This document shows, one piece after another, positions 20,388 to 30,450 of a DNA stretch of 64,000 bases. Position numbers and translations under genes: made by a program. A model generated the notes under the pieces. It was given only the letters and a program-made list of their open reading frames with translations. It ran no database searches and had not been told where the DNA came from. The stretch's first letter is position 1. Every line of letters starts with the position of its first letter. This DNA is from Candidatus Poribacteria bacterium (GTDB taxonomy: Bacteria; Poribacteria; WGA-4E; WGA-3G). The DNA lies in assembly GCA_965215265.1 (NCBI GenBank), contig OZ244048.1, positions 672,001-736,000 of the forward strand, written 5' to 3'.

Positions 20388-21020
20388 ATGAGAAAATGGA
20401 TTTTCACAGGAATCGCAATCAGTTTCTCGCTTGCATTAGGATACCTCTTTCTCAATGGAAGCCGGTATAGCCAGTTAATCGGTTTTTTTGGGTATATGAG
20501 TGTTGCCTGCACGCTACTTCCGTTGCCGACTCCGCCCTATGTTATCGCACTCGGAAAGGCCTTTGACCCGAGCATCGTTGCTCTCATTGGAGCAATTGGA
20601 AATTGCATTGCTGCGTGTGTGGAATACTACTTGCTAATTTGGTTTTTTTCAAAGACTAAACTCCAGCAGTCCGTCGAAAACAACCGCATATTCCAAAAAT
20701 TCTCCGACTATTTTCGTCGTGCTGCATTCATGTGCTTAATTTTTACTGGGTTCACGCCGATTCCGTTTGAACCTTTTCGATTCGCGGCGATTCTAGCAGG
20801 CTATAACTTGTGGCTGTATCTGTTAGCCGTTTTACTCGGACGTTTCCCGCGTTATTATCTTATTGCTGTTATCGGCGACCAGTTCCAGATTCCAACGCAT
20901 TACCTGATCATCCTTCTCATCATTTTGTTCATTGTTCTGATAAGTGGGATGTTGATCGAACGTTACACATCAAACGACGATGGGAAAACGGAGCACTCAC
21001 AACGGCACAAGGGTGAATGA
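20388..21020 (+). CDS. VTT/SNARE-associated (DedA-like) membrane protein
   Basis: Multiple TM helices; LPLPTPP, GAIGN, FTPIPFEPF, GRFPRY. Confidence 0.8.
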   Translation: MRKWIFTGIAISFSLALGYLFLNGSRYSQLIGFFGYMSVACTLLPLPTPPYVIALGKAFDPSIVALIGAIGNCIAACVEYYLLIWFFSKTKLQQSVENNRIFQKFSDYFRRAAFMCLIFTGFTPIPFEPFRFAAILAGYNLWLYLLAVLLGRFPRYYLIAVIGDQFQIPTHYLIILLIILFIVLISGMLIERYTSNDDGKTEHSQRHKGE

Positions 21021-21307
21021 TGGAAATCTTGTGCTTACTATTTTCCTAATCTCCATGCTCCTAATCTTCTAATTAATGTGGGCAAAAACATGCAACTTAA
21101 AGACTATTGTTGAAATAATGATATTTCCAACAACCGGTGAAAGTCGAACTGCTATTTTATATTTTGCAACTGATTTCTCGCTTCAATTGCCGGTTCCTTG
21201 TTGCTGTTTTCTTGGCAACCGGCTATACTTAGGATAAGTTTGACATAAGATATAAGTTATAGATAGGTTTCTGTTCCTACCGGACTCAGAAACTGAAAAG
21301 GTAGAAC

Positions 21308-22744
21308 ATGGCACAACAACCCAATATTCTTTTTCTTCTCACAGACCAGCAACGTTTCGATTCGCTTAGTTGCAACGGTGCCCCAATTTGTAAAACGCCT
21401 GCTGTTGACGAAATTGCTGCAACGGGTATGCGTTTCACAAACGCGTATACGCCGATCGCGCTCTGCTCACCTGCACGCGGCTCTCTACTGACGGGACTCT
21501 ATCCGCACAATCATGGGCAACTGTCAAATATGGGGAATTTCAACGGCGTGTTTGCAAACCAGATTCTCGACAAACCAACGTATCCTCAGCTACTGAGGGC
21601 AGTAGACTATCAGGTGAGTTGTGTCGGCAAATGGCATCTCGCCAAGGAGGGCGACACAGAATTCTGGGGCTACGACAAATGGCACCCGTACCGCGAGTGG
21701 CATCAGTGGCTCCGTGAAGACGGAATCGACTACCGCATTGACAGGGATGCCGTGCAGCCGCTTGAATGGGGCGGCGAGGCACCTTTTCACGGTAGGCTAA
21801 CGTTACCGCCTGAACGGACAATGGAGGCGTGGACCGCGGATAAAACGATTGAACTCATCAACGGTTATTCGGATTCGACGCAACCCTTTATGATCTCCGC
21901 GAATTTCTTCGGACCGCACTTCCCTTATGCAGTACCCCCGCCTTATGATACGATGTACAATCCGGATGCTGTTGAACGTTGGGGCAACTTTGATGAGCAG
22001 TTTATCAATAAGCCGTCCATACAACAAAAGGAGATGCTCCGGTGGAACGCTAGCCACCTCACTTGGGCAGATTGGCAAAAAGTTATCGCGTGCTATTGGG
22101 GATTTTGCACGTTTATTGATGAACAGGTCCAGCGGATCCTCGACTGCTTGGAGGCTAACAGGCTCGCGGACAATACCATTGTTGTCTTTTCAACAGACCA
22201 CGGGGATATGCTCGGTAGCCATCGGCTTTTCAACAAAGGATTTCACATGTACGACGAGACACACCACATTCCACTCCTCATGCGATGGCCGGGTGTCATA
22301 TCACCTGGGGCAGCGTGCGACGAGTTTGTGAATCTCGTAGATCTAATGCCCACATTTTTGGAGATTGGCGGGGCAGCAGCACCGAATAATTTGGATGGCA
22401 GATCGATTGTCCCATTATTAAAAGAGGAAACAATACCAGATTGGCCAGATGATGTATTTGCTGAATTTCACGGGTATGAACCGACGCTCGCCTCTGTGCG
22501 AATGGTGAGGACGCACTCGTGGAAATACGTCTACAATCCCTACAGTGAGGACGAACTCTACGACATGCAGAGTGATCCGCATGAATTGCACAACCTCGCG
22601 ACGCACCTCGGTTACAAGCATGTACTTCGTCGGATGAAAGCGCGCATGGTGAATCGGTTGCGCGAAACGCGGGATAATATCGTGACGGAAGGCGGATGGC
22701 AGAGCAATTCGTTCGATTTGCTCATTTCTGAGCGCGAGCGTTAA
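21308..22744 (+). CDS. Sulfatase (Cys-type)
   Basis: PNILFLLTDQQR, CSPARGSLLTGLYPH, GKWHL, TDHGDMLGSH, ELYDMQSDPHE. Confidence 0.93.
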   Translation: MAQQPNILFLLTDQQRFDSLSCNGAPICKTPAVDEIAATGMRFTNAYTPIALCSPARGSLLTGLYPHNHGQLSNMGNFNGVFANQILDKPTYPQLLRAVDYQVSCVGKWHLAKEGDTEFWGYDKWHPYREWHQWLREDGIDYRIDRDAVQPLEWGGEAPFHGRLTLPPERTMEAWTADKTIELINGYSDSTQPFMISANFFGPHFPYAVPPPYDTMYNPDAVERWGNFDEQFINKPSIQQKEMLRWNASHLTWADWQKVIACYWGFCTFIDEQVQRILDCLEANRLADNTIVVFSTDHGDMLGSHRLFNKGFHMYDETHHIPLLMRWPGVISPGAACDEFVNLVDLMPTFLEIGGAAAPNNLDGRSIVPLLKEETIPDWPDDVFAEFHGYEPTLASVRMVRTHSWKYVYNPYSEDELYDMQSDPHELHNLATHLGYKHVLRRMKARMVNRLRETRDNIVTEGGWQSNSFDLLISERER

Positions 22745-23090
22745 CCGACATCTGTTACAGAACATGTCTAATGGTTTGAAGAGCTACTTAGGATAATGAT
22801 ATTGCTTGATACGCTAAATTGTGCTGCCCGAAATATCCATTTGCAGCACCGTAATTGGGATGGTTTTCGCTAGTTTATGAACAAATCAGCGAGCATCTCG
22901 GAGGAGTCGCGGTTGTTCATTATGCTCGAGCACAAATCAAGCCCGGATAATTGACGAGGGTATAGGCAATACTAAGCAAGTTTTTATAGTAAATTTGAGA
23001 TTTTTTTGCGTCTAGTCATCTCGCCACCCATACGGGCGAACCGCGCCGGTTGTGCGAGTATCTAAATAATTATTGGAAAGTGCAACTTGA

Positions 23091-23120
23091 TTGACAAGTG
23101 AGACACCTAAATGGTATAAT
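23091..23120 (+). promoter_or_regulatory. Consensus sigma70 promoter
   Basis: TTGACA-18 bp-TATAAT with extended -10 TG, upstream of the LamG gene. Confidence 0.65.
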
Positions 23121-23264
23121 TGTGTAATACACTTATATAGAGGAAAACCAGATTATTCTTGCTGCCTCAGTGGCTAATACCTATCGGGCGAGACTCACTT
23201 TTGAGTAATAGTCAGTGAATAATTCGCTGGCTTCGCTTTGAGAATGATGAAGGAGAAATAAAAG

Positions 23265-24062
23265 ATGAAAACTACAGTCGCGAGGTTAAAACTATTATGT
23301 GTCAGTTTAATGGTTATTAGCCTGATGTTTGTAGGTACCAGTACTGCTAAAATTGACTTTGAAACTTGCGTCGGAATGTGGCTCTTTGATGAGGGGCGTG
23401 GTAACGTAGCCGAAGATTCTTCTGGGACGGACAATAACGGCACGATTGAAGGTGGGGCAAAATGGGTTGATGGCAAGTTTGGTAAGGCTTTGAGCCTTGA
23501 CGGCTCCGATGATTACGTGGAAATTGCTCACGATGATTCTTTAATGGTTGGAGATAAACACACTATTGCCCTCTGGTTTAAATTAGATAAGGTGCCTGCT
23601 GGCGGCATGGCTGTTGTGACCAAAGATGATTGGGCACCCGGATTTTGGTGGGATGGGGGTGGGATCCGACATCACACTCATGACCCACCAGGCACGCTTC
23701 ACTTTATACATGCACCTTGGGATCCAGATACAGAGTGGCATCATGTTGCCGTTACCTGGGATGGTGAAGAGTTTGGAGTATATCTGGACGCGGATCAGAT
23801 TGGTTCTGGTGTAACTACGCCGAACTTAGGAAGGAATCCGTTAACCGACAAACCCGTTTTAATAGGTATCTATCTAGCCACTGGACAACATGCTCAGTGG
23901 GGTGAGTTTTTCTCTGGAATAATTGACGACGTTGTCATCTTTAATACGGCGTTGACCGATGATGATATTGAAATCCTCATGACTGATGGATTAAAAACCG
24001 CAGCGAGTATTGAACCTTCAGATAAACTCACAATGACCTGGGCTGCCATTAAAGCCTATTGA
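23265..24062 (+). CDS. Secreted LamG/concanavalin-like domain protein with C-terminal IEPSDKLTMTWAAIK motif
   Basis: Signal peptide; WLFDEGRG, GKFGKALSLDG, WHHVAVTWDG, FSGIIDDVVIFNTALT; AAGGAG RBS. Confidence 0.9.
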   Translation: MKTTVARLKLLCVSLMVISLMFVGTSTAKIDFETCVGMWLFDEGRGNVAEDSSGTDNNGTIEGGAKWVDGKFGKALSLDGSDDYVEIAHDDSLMVGDKHTIALWFKLDKVPAGGMAVVTKDDWAPGFWWDGGGIRHHTHDPPGTLHFIHAPWDPDTEWHHVAVTWDGEEFGVYLDADQIGSGVTTPNLGRNPLTDKPVLIGIYLATGQHAQWGEFFSGIIDDVVIFNTALTDDDIEILMTDGLKTAASIEPSDKLTMTWAAIKAY

Positions 24063-24537
24063 GCTACTCCTAAACCTAAATATTACGTGTGGGCAAACTT
24101 GTGCCTTGCCCTCGCCGGAATGGATAGGGAAGATAGGTGGGCAACCTCCCAGACAACCGAGCGAGGGAATGTTTGTTTGGGGGCAGGAGGCTTTTTGAAA
24201 TCCGTCTCTATTAAGAATACCCCTTGAAGTAGAATGAAAAGCAGCAGGCACACGCCGTGTGTCTGCTACCTTATATATTTTTCCGCTGTTCATCGGTGAG
24301 ATAAATTTGGTTCTGATTTTTGAGAAAATGTCCATCTTTTTTTTGAGTGCATGTTGTAAATCCCTTTAAAAGTGTCCGCCATCCTCTCCTCGATTCTGAC
24401 TAATATATGTCCCAGAATTTCCATAGATTTTTGTCTTGAATCTTTGGAGGAAAACCGCCATAATGTTAGGAACAATTGATGCTTTTGAGGCGGATATCTT
24501 TTCCAAAAATGAAGTGATTCTACGAGGAGGAAAATCC

Positions 24538-25314
24538 ATGGAAACGATTAAACTTTCATCAGGTCATCTAATGCCCGTGGTCGGCATGGGCACATGGAGG
24601 TTGCAAGGTGAAGCGTGCAAGGTTGCGATAAAAAAAGCAGTCGAAATGGGATATACGCATATTGACACCGCGTGGATGTATGGCAACCAGACGGAAATCG
24701 GCGAGGCCCTGCGAGAGCTCAGCATGGACAGGGAGCAACTGTTCATTACAACCAAAGTTTGGCATACGCATCTCTGCTATGACGAGGTACTCACACAGTT
24801 TGATGAATGCCTCAATCAACTTCAGATGGATTACGTGGACCTACTGCTGATTCATCATCCCAATGAATCAGTACCGTTGCAAGAAACTCTCGGTGCCTTC
24901 AACGAAATACACAATGCCGGACAGACAAAGAGCATCGGAATCAGCAATTTTAGTATCCCGCAAGTCGAACAGGCGCAGCTGGTTTCGGTAGCCCCCATTG
25001 TCACCAATCAGGTCGAATACAACGTCCGGAGCAATAAGGAGGCTCTGTTGGCACATTGCACAAAGCATGGCGTTGTGTTAACCGCACATCGTCCACTCGC
25101 AGTCGGGGAAATTGTGCGGGAGAAGACTTTGCAGGCGATCGGCAAAAAATATGGAAAAACGGCAGCCCAGGTGGCATTGCGGTGGTTGCTACAAAAAGGT
25201 ATGATCGTTATTCCGAAATCCGGTTCTGAAGCACATTTGCGAGAGAATTTGGATGTCTTGGATTGGGCATTAACCGTTGAAGAGATGGAGCGGATTGACA
25301 GCATCTCCGGATAG
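24538..25314 (+). CDS. Aldo/keto reductase
   Basis: GMGTW, IDTAWMYGNQ, FITTKVW, DLLLIHHP, SIGISNF, NQVEY, IPKS; GAGGAGG RBS. Confidence 0.93.
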   Translation: METIKLSSGHLMPVVGMGTWRLQGEACKVAIKKAVEMGYTHIDTAWMYGNQTEIGEALRELSMDREQLFITTKVWHTHLCYDEVLTQFDECLNQLQMDYVDLLLIHHPNESVPLQETLGAFNEIHNAGQTKSIGISNFSIPQVEQAQLVSVAPIVTNQVEYNVRSNKEALLAHCTKHGVVLTAHRPLAVGEIVREKTLQAIGKKYGKTAAQVALRWLLQKGMIVIPKSGSEAHLRENLDVLDWALTVEEMERIDSISG

Positions 25315-25592
25315 AATTCAGTGTGAAGACTTGCCCTGTACCAGTGCGATTTAGAGGGTTTTTCCCGGTGCATCACTGTTTCAAGTAACAAAGAACTCGG
25401 GCTAACACTGTCACCTCTTGGCGCTTGGTTATTATTACGTTCAACTTGAAAACAGGTCGTTTGAATTAAAATCAATGCACGAACCCTTCGTGTAAATAAG
25501 GCTTATAGACGGTTTCGCCCTGAATTTCGAGCAATTAGAGAGATATATTGAGTCGCAAAATTTGTTAGACAATGCGAGGCGGAGTTTTGTAA

Positions 25593-26342
25593 ATGTCACA
25601 AGAAGCTGCAATGGAACATCTCGAAACCTTTGGTTATTGTCTGATTGAAAACGCTATTCCGGCAGAGCAGGCAGATGCGATGGCGGAGAAGTATTTCCAG
25701 TTTCACCTATCCTCAGCGAATCACCAATTTTTCCAAGATCCGAACGCTGAGTTGTATCAAACCCTTTTTGGTGTGATTAACCTTGACGACATGTGTTGGG
25801 CGTGCATTACTCATCCACAAGTTATGCAAGTTGTTCGTCATTTCCTCGGTGGTAGTGCACGGTTGGGCGAGACTTGCACAAAGTGGGTCAAGCCAAAAGC
25901 ACCGCAGGGCGTTATTCATACCGATTCGACACATGATTTGCCGGAGCGGCTGCCCGCAACCCCATGGATGATTAATTCGATGTGGATGATGACGGATTTT
26001 ACAGTTGATAACGGTGCTACAGTCGTTGTTCCATTCAGCCATCGCACGCGGCAGAGGCCGACGCAATTGGATATTTCGCAGAGTCATCCGGTGCCGATTT
26101 GTGGACAGCGCGGATCCGTCTTGTTATGGCAGGGTGCAACATGGCATGGCCAAGGGGCAAACACAAGCCAAGACAAACATCGCATGGGATTGAATATTGC
26201 CTACTATCCGGCTTGGTGGAACCTAATGCGTGAAGGTGGACATCAGCCTGTTTTTCCAGAGACGTTTGCGCGAATGCCCGAAACCCTACAAATACTTGTC
26301 CGCCATAAGGTAGCGAAACAGCGTGAAGACATCTATGAGTAA
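25593..26342 (+). CDS. Phytanoyl-CoA dioxygenase (PhyH) family Fe/2OG oxygenase
   Basis: HTD iron motif, DFTVDNGATVVVPFSH, GSVLLW..WHG.GAN, R.GL. Confidence 0.88.
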   Translation: MSQEAAMEHLETFGYCLIENAIPAEQADAMAEKYFQFHLSSANHQFFQDPNAELYQTLFGVINLDDMCWACITHPQVMQVVRHFLGGSARLGETCTKWVKPKAPQGVIHTDSTHDLPERLPATPWMINSMWMMTDFTVDNGATVVVPFSHRTRQRPTQLDISQSHPVPICGQRGSVLLWQGATWHGQGANTSQDKHRMGLNIAYYPAWWNLMREGGHQPVFPETFARMPETLQILVRHKVAKQREDIYE

Positions 26343-26360
26343 GGCTTTTCGAGACCAGTT

Positions 26361-27203
26361 TCAGACCTTCATAACAAATTCACAGCCCAGCTGAAACCAC
26401 TTCCGAAGAATCGTGTTTTCAGTACGAGTCCGCTTCGCTTGTGAACCTGTAGCTTGTGAGAGATCTATTGTCGCCGAAACGACCTCGTCTCCAAAAAATC
26501 CAGCCTCTTTGATGACGGTTCCGTCAGGATGAACAATCTTTGAGTTCCCATGGGATGCCCCTGTCGCCCGTAAATCGTCAGGATTTGCCGGCGTATTCGC
26601 CATGACAAGATAGATTCCATTTTCCGTTGCACGCGATATCGGCATGGCACGGTAGGCAGAGAGTTTATGCTCGGACAACAATCCTGATTCACATGAGCAG
26701 AAAAAGCAGATTTGGGCACCCATTGCCGCGGGGAGTTTGACTAATTCTGGATAGCGTACATCGTGGCAGATAATGAAGCAGCAATCAATACCTGCAAGCT
26801 CAACTATAGGAAGTTCACCGCGATTGTTGGTGCACCACTTTTCTCCTGCCAAGAAAGTTTTGCCGTAGCGGTATTTGAGAGTCCCTTGCGAATTGAATAT
26901 GGCTAAGTCGTTATGCCAATTTTCCCCTTCATGATGTGCTGAGCCAACGATAACCGAGATTTGGTATTGACGGGCAGCTTCCGCGATTTTGGCTTCTGCT
27001 TCTTCAAAAACCTGTGGTGAACTCTGTGCCCAATAATCGGTTCGACAACAGTAGCCGAAGAGACATCCTTCCGGGAAGGCAACAATCTGGATCTGCATCT
27101 CTGCACAAGTTTCTATTTTCTCAAGTACTTTTTCTGTGCTCGCTGAAACGTCTGCACTCGTGAGCAATTGACATGCTGCAACTTTTATATGGTTAGTAGC
27201 CAT
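26361..27203 (-). CDS. Carbon-nitrogen hydrolase (nitrilase superfamily)
   Basis: FPEG, YGK, IICHDVRYPE triad, RATENGIY, HGNSKIVHPDG; GGAGG RBS before 27203. Confidence 0.9.
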   Translation of the reverse strand: MATNHIKVAACQLLTSADVSASTEKVLEKIETCAEMQIQIVAFPEGCLFGYCCRTDYWAQSSPQVFEEAEAKIAEAARQYQISVIVGSAHHEGENWHNDLAIFNSQGTLKYRYGKTFLAGEKWCTNNRGELPIVELAGIDCCFIICHDVRYPELVKLPAAMGAQICFFCSCESGLLSEHKLSAYRAMPISRATENGIYLVMANTPANPDDLRATGASHGNSKIVHPDGTVIKEAGFFGDEVVSATIDLSQATGSQAKRTRTENTILRKWFQLGCEFVMKV

Positions 27204-27335
27204 CTGTTTAGTTCCTCCGCTTATCTTTTCTTTATGATACCACATCTGCGGCTCTGACTCAACCTTTATCCAAATTCCAATTAACTCAAAAGGTATTTTA
27301 ACACTTAATTCGAATAGCTGTCGCAATTGTTCAAA

Positions 27336-27365
27336 TTGACATAAAACAGCGATTGGTGATAGAAT
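27336..27365 (+). promoter_or_regulatory. Sigma70-type promoter of hflKC
   Basis: TTGACA-18 bp-TAGAAT with TG extension. Confidence 0.5.
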
Positions 27366-27436
27366 ACAGTATGTTTACCTGAGATACTATCTAAGACATA
27401 GCAGTCGTACCCTAGTACGATAAACAAATAGGTCCG

Positions 27437-28429
27437 ATGGACCAAAAGGAACCACCAATCATGAACCAACTGAATAAACTAAATGAAGTCCAGTCCTACG
27501 TCCGTCTCATTACTGCGAAACGGATTTTGCTTGTGCTTGTGGGCGTGGGACTTCTCGCCAGCTTAGCGACCTGTTTTTATACAGTCGAAGCGAACGAAAT
27601 TGCAGTTGTCCTGATGTTCGGCAAATCTGTTCGTCAAACTGAGCCCGGGCTCCACTTCAAATTGCCACTCGGCATTGAGAGGACGATTAACGTTCCGGTG
27701 CGGAAAGTCTTCAAAGAAGAATTCGGATTTCGGACCCTCAAAGCGGGCATCCGTACCCAATATGACACCCGCGATTACGGAGAGGAATCCCTGCTGCTGA
27801 CAGGCGATCTTAACATTGCTGATGTTGAATGGGTAGTTCAGTATAAGATCGAATCTCCCCAAAAATTCTTGTTTTCTGTCCGGAATCCGCAACGTGCTTT
27901 ACGAGACCTTGCTGAGTCTGTGATGAGCCGGGTGATTGGAGACAGGACTGTTACCGAAGTGTTAACCGTGGGGCGTATTGAAATTGCAGCGGAAGTTGAG
28001 CGACATCTGCAGGAGCTGCTGGATCGCTACGAAACCGGGTTGGGGATATCTACGGTAACTTTGCAGGATGTAAATCCGCCAGACATGGTCAAGTCTGCGT
28101 TTAACGCCGTTAACGAGGCGAAACAGGAAAAAGATCGGTTAATCAACGAGGCCTGGCGGGATTACAACCAATCTGTGCCTAAATCCAAAGGGTTAGCCTC
28201 ACAAAAAATTTCTGAAGCCGAAGGGTACGCGCTGAAACGTGTTAACCAAGCACAAGGGGACGCAGATCGATTCAACGCAATTCGCTCAGAATATGAGAAA
28301 GCGAAAGCAGTGACTCGCCAGCGGCTCTATCTGGAAACGATGCAAGAGGTTTTGCCCCAGGTTAAGGAGATTTATGTATTTGACGCTAAAACTAACACCC
28401 CGATTCCGATTCTACAACTCGGTCAATAA
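27437..28429 (+). CDS. hflK: FtsH protease modulator HflK
   Basis: TM anchor + SPFH domain; LLTGDLNIADVEWVVQY, LQDVNPP..V..AFNAVNEA, VTRQRLYLETM. Confidence 0.92.
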   Translation: MDQKEPPIMNQLNKLNEVQSYVRLITAKRILLVLVGVGLLASLATCFYTVEANEIAVVLMFGKSVRQTEPGLHFKLPLGIERTINVPVRKVFKEEFGFRTLKAGIRTQYDTRDYGEESLLLTGDLNIADVEWVVQYKIESPQKFLFSVRNPQRALRDLAESVMSRVIGDRTVTEVLTVGRIEIAAEVERHLQELLDRYETGLGISTVTLQDVNPPDMVKSAFNAVNEAKQEKDRLINEAWRDYNQSVPKSKGLASQKISEAEGYALKRVNQAQGDADRFNAIRSEYEKAKAVTRQRLYLETMQEVLPQVKEIYVFDAKTNTPIPILQLGQ

Positions 28430-28447
28430 GCCTACTATACAAGGAGA

Positions 28448-29413
28448 ATGCTGATGAGTACTAAAATACTTATCCCGTTGATTATTATTCTGATCCTCGC
28501 GGTGCCTTTTGCTCTGGGTACGTTCTATATTATTCCGGAAGGGGAACAAGTTGTCATTACAGAGTTCGGCCGTCCTATTGGGGAGCCTGTTGTCACGGCG
28601 GGCTTAAAAATAAGAACACCGTTTATTCAGCAAGTCCATCGCTTCGAGAAGCGCGTATTGGAATGGGATGGTTCGCCAAACCAGATTCCAACGAAGGATA
28701 AAAAATTTATCTGGCTGGATACAACGGCGCGTTGGCGAATTAAAGACGCGCTCAAATTCTATCAGGCACTCGGAACGGAAGAATTCGCACAATCCCGTCT
28801 TGATGACATTATTGATTCTGCAGCGCGGGATTTAGTGACAGCTCAACTTTTAATTGAAGTCGTGCGGAATTCAAACCGTGTGCTTGAACTGGATATGGCA
28901 ACCCTCGAAGATGAAGAAGCCCAATCCGGGGAGCCTTTGGAAGAAATTCAGAGCGGTAGAGAACAGATTACACAGATGATCCTTGAAAAAGTACAGGAGA
29001 CTGTACCCCAATTCGGCATTGAGCTGGTTGATGTCCGGATTAAACGGATCAACTATGTTGACGAAGTCCGTCAGAAAGTCTTTGCACGCATGATTTCCGA
29101 ACGTCAGCGTATTTCTGAAAAATACAAATCCGAGGGCGAGGGTGAAGCTGCGAACATCATGGGGCAGAAACAGAAGGAATTGGAACGGATTGAATCAGAA
29201 GCCTACAAGCAAGCAGAACAGATTAAAGGGAATTCAGATGCTGAAGCCATTCAAATCTACGCAGAAGCACACGGAAAAGATCCGGAGTTTTTTGCGTTTC
29301 TCCAAACCCTTGAAACCTATCGCACGACGACTAACGCAAGTATGAAACTCGTATTAACAACTGATAGTGAACTTTATAAGTATCTCAAAGACAGTCAATT
29401 GCTTAAACGTTAA
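28448..29413 (+). CDS. hflC: FtsH protease modulator HflC
   Basis: TKDKKFI, GIELVDVRIKRI, RMISERQR, KDPEFFAF; directly follows hflK. Confidence 0.92.
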   Translation: MLMSTKILIPLIIILILAVPFALGTFYIIPEGEQVVITEFGRPIGEPVVTAGLKIRTPFIQQVHRFEKRVLEWDGSPNQIPTKDKKFIWLDTTARWRIKDALKFYQALGTEEFAQSRLDDIIDSAARDLVTAQLLIEVVRNSNRVLELDMATLEDEEAQSGEPLEEIQSGREQITQMILEKVQETVPQFGIELVDVRIKRINYVDEVRQKVFARMISERQRISEKYKSEGEGEAANIMGQKQKELERIESEAYKQAEQIKGNSDAEAIQIYAEAHGKDPEFFAFLQTLETYRTTTNASMKLVLTTDSELYKYLKDSQLLKR

Positions 29414-29424
29414 ATGGAGAGACT

Positions 29425-30447
29425 ATGAAACAGGCAGCAATTTTAGGTGAACGACAAGCCGGGCTCGTTGAAGTACCAGACCCGATGCCGAAAGAGGATT
29501 GGGTAGTTGTCAAAATACACGCTTCACCGATGTGTACAGAATATCACGCTTTTGAACATGGACACAAGACCGATTTCCTCGGACATGAAGCAGCGGGTGA
29601 GGTCGTCGATATCGCACAACCCGGAAAGGTAGAAGTAGGCGATCGCGTGGTTGTGATGCCGCAATATCCGTGTGGGACATGTGTACTGTGTACCGACGGT
29701 GATTACATCCACTGTGAAAGCAACTATAATTTTGAGGAATTTACGGGTTCGCGGTACGGCAGCTCGACAATGGCACAATACATTCTCAAACCGTCTTGGC
29801 TGCTTCCGAGGATTCCGGATAACGTTTCCTATGAACACGCCTCACTTGCATGTTGTGCGTTGGGGCCATCATATCGTGCGTTTGATGAGATGGGGTTGAA
29901 TGCGACACATACGGTGCTGATTACCGGCATAGGGCCCGTTGGTTTCGGGGCCATTACAAATGCGCGATTTCGAGGAGCGAAGGTCATTGCGGCGGAACTG
30001 ATTCCATGGCGCGTGGAACGCGCGAAACAGATGGGGGTTGACGCTGTCATCAATCCGACCGATGAAGATGCAGTGCAGCAAGTTCATGAGCTCACAACGG
30101 ATGGCCGTGGGGTTGATTTTGCCCTTGATTGTTCGGGTAGCGTCCAGGCGCATCGACTCTGCATTGATGTAACACGGCGGCGTGGCACGGTTGCATTTGT
30201 TGGACAAAGCGGCAGAAATGACACTGTTATCCACGTCAGCCCGGATCTTATCGGCAAAGGATTGCGTCTCGTCGGGGCATGGCACTATAATCTCAGTCAA
30301 TTTCCAGGTCTAATGAAGGTGATTGAAGGTTCTCCGCTGCTTGATCTGCTTATCAGCAACATTTTCCCCATGAGCGAGATCCAGCAGGCGTTTGAGACTT
30401 CAACATCTCATGAAAGTTCCAAGATTCTCCTCAAGCCTTGGGAGTAA
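29425..30447 (+). CDS. Zinc-binding alcohol dehydrogenase (MDR family)
   Basis: C..E.H, GHEAAGEV, CGTCVLC..C structural Zn site, GIGPVG. Confidence 0.92.
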   Translation: MKQAAILGERQAGLVEVPDPMPKEDWVVVKIHASPMCTEYHAFEHGHKTDFLGHEAAGEVVDIAQPGKVEVGDRVVVMPQYPCGTCVLCTDGDYIHCESNYNFEEFTGSRYGSSTMAQYILKPSWLLPRIPDNVSYEHASLACCALGPSYRAFDEMGLNATHTVLITGIGPVGFGAITNARFRGAKVIAAELIPWRVERAKQMGVDAVINPTDEDAVQQVHELTTDGRGVDFALDCSGSVQAHRLCIDVTRRRGTVAFVGQSGRNDTVIHVSPDLIGKGLRLVGAWHYNLSQFPGLMKVIEGSPLLDLLISNIFPMSEIQQAFETSTSHESSKILLKPWE

Positions 30448-30450
30448 AGC

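Noticed and set aside
23121-23264. Riboswitch in the 140-nt leader of the LamG gene
   Set aside because: No recognisable aptamer consensus; an Rfam/Infernal search would be needed.
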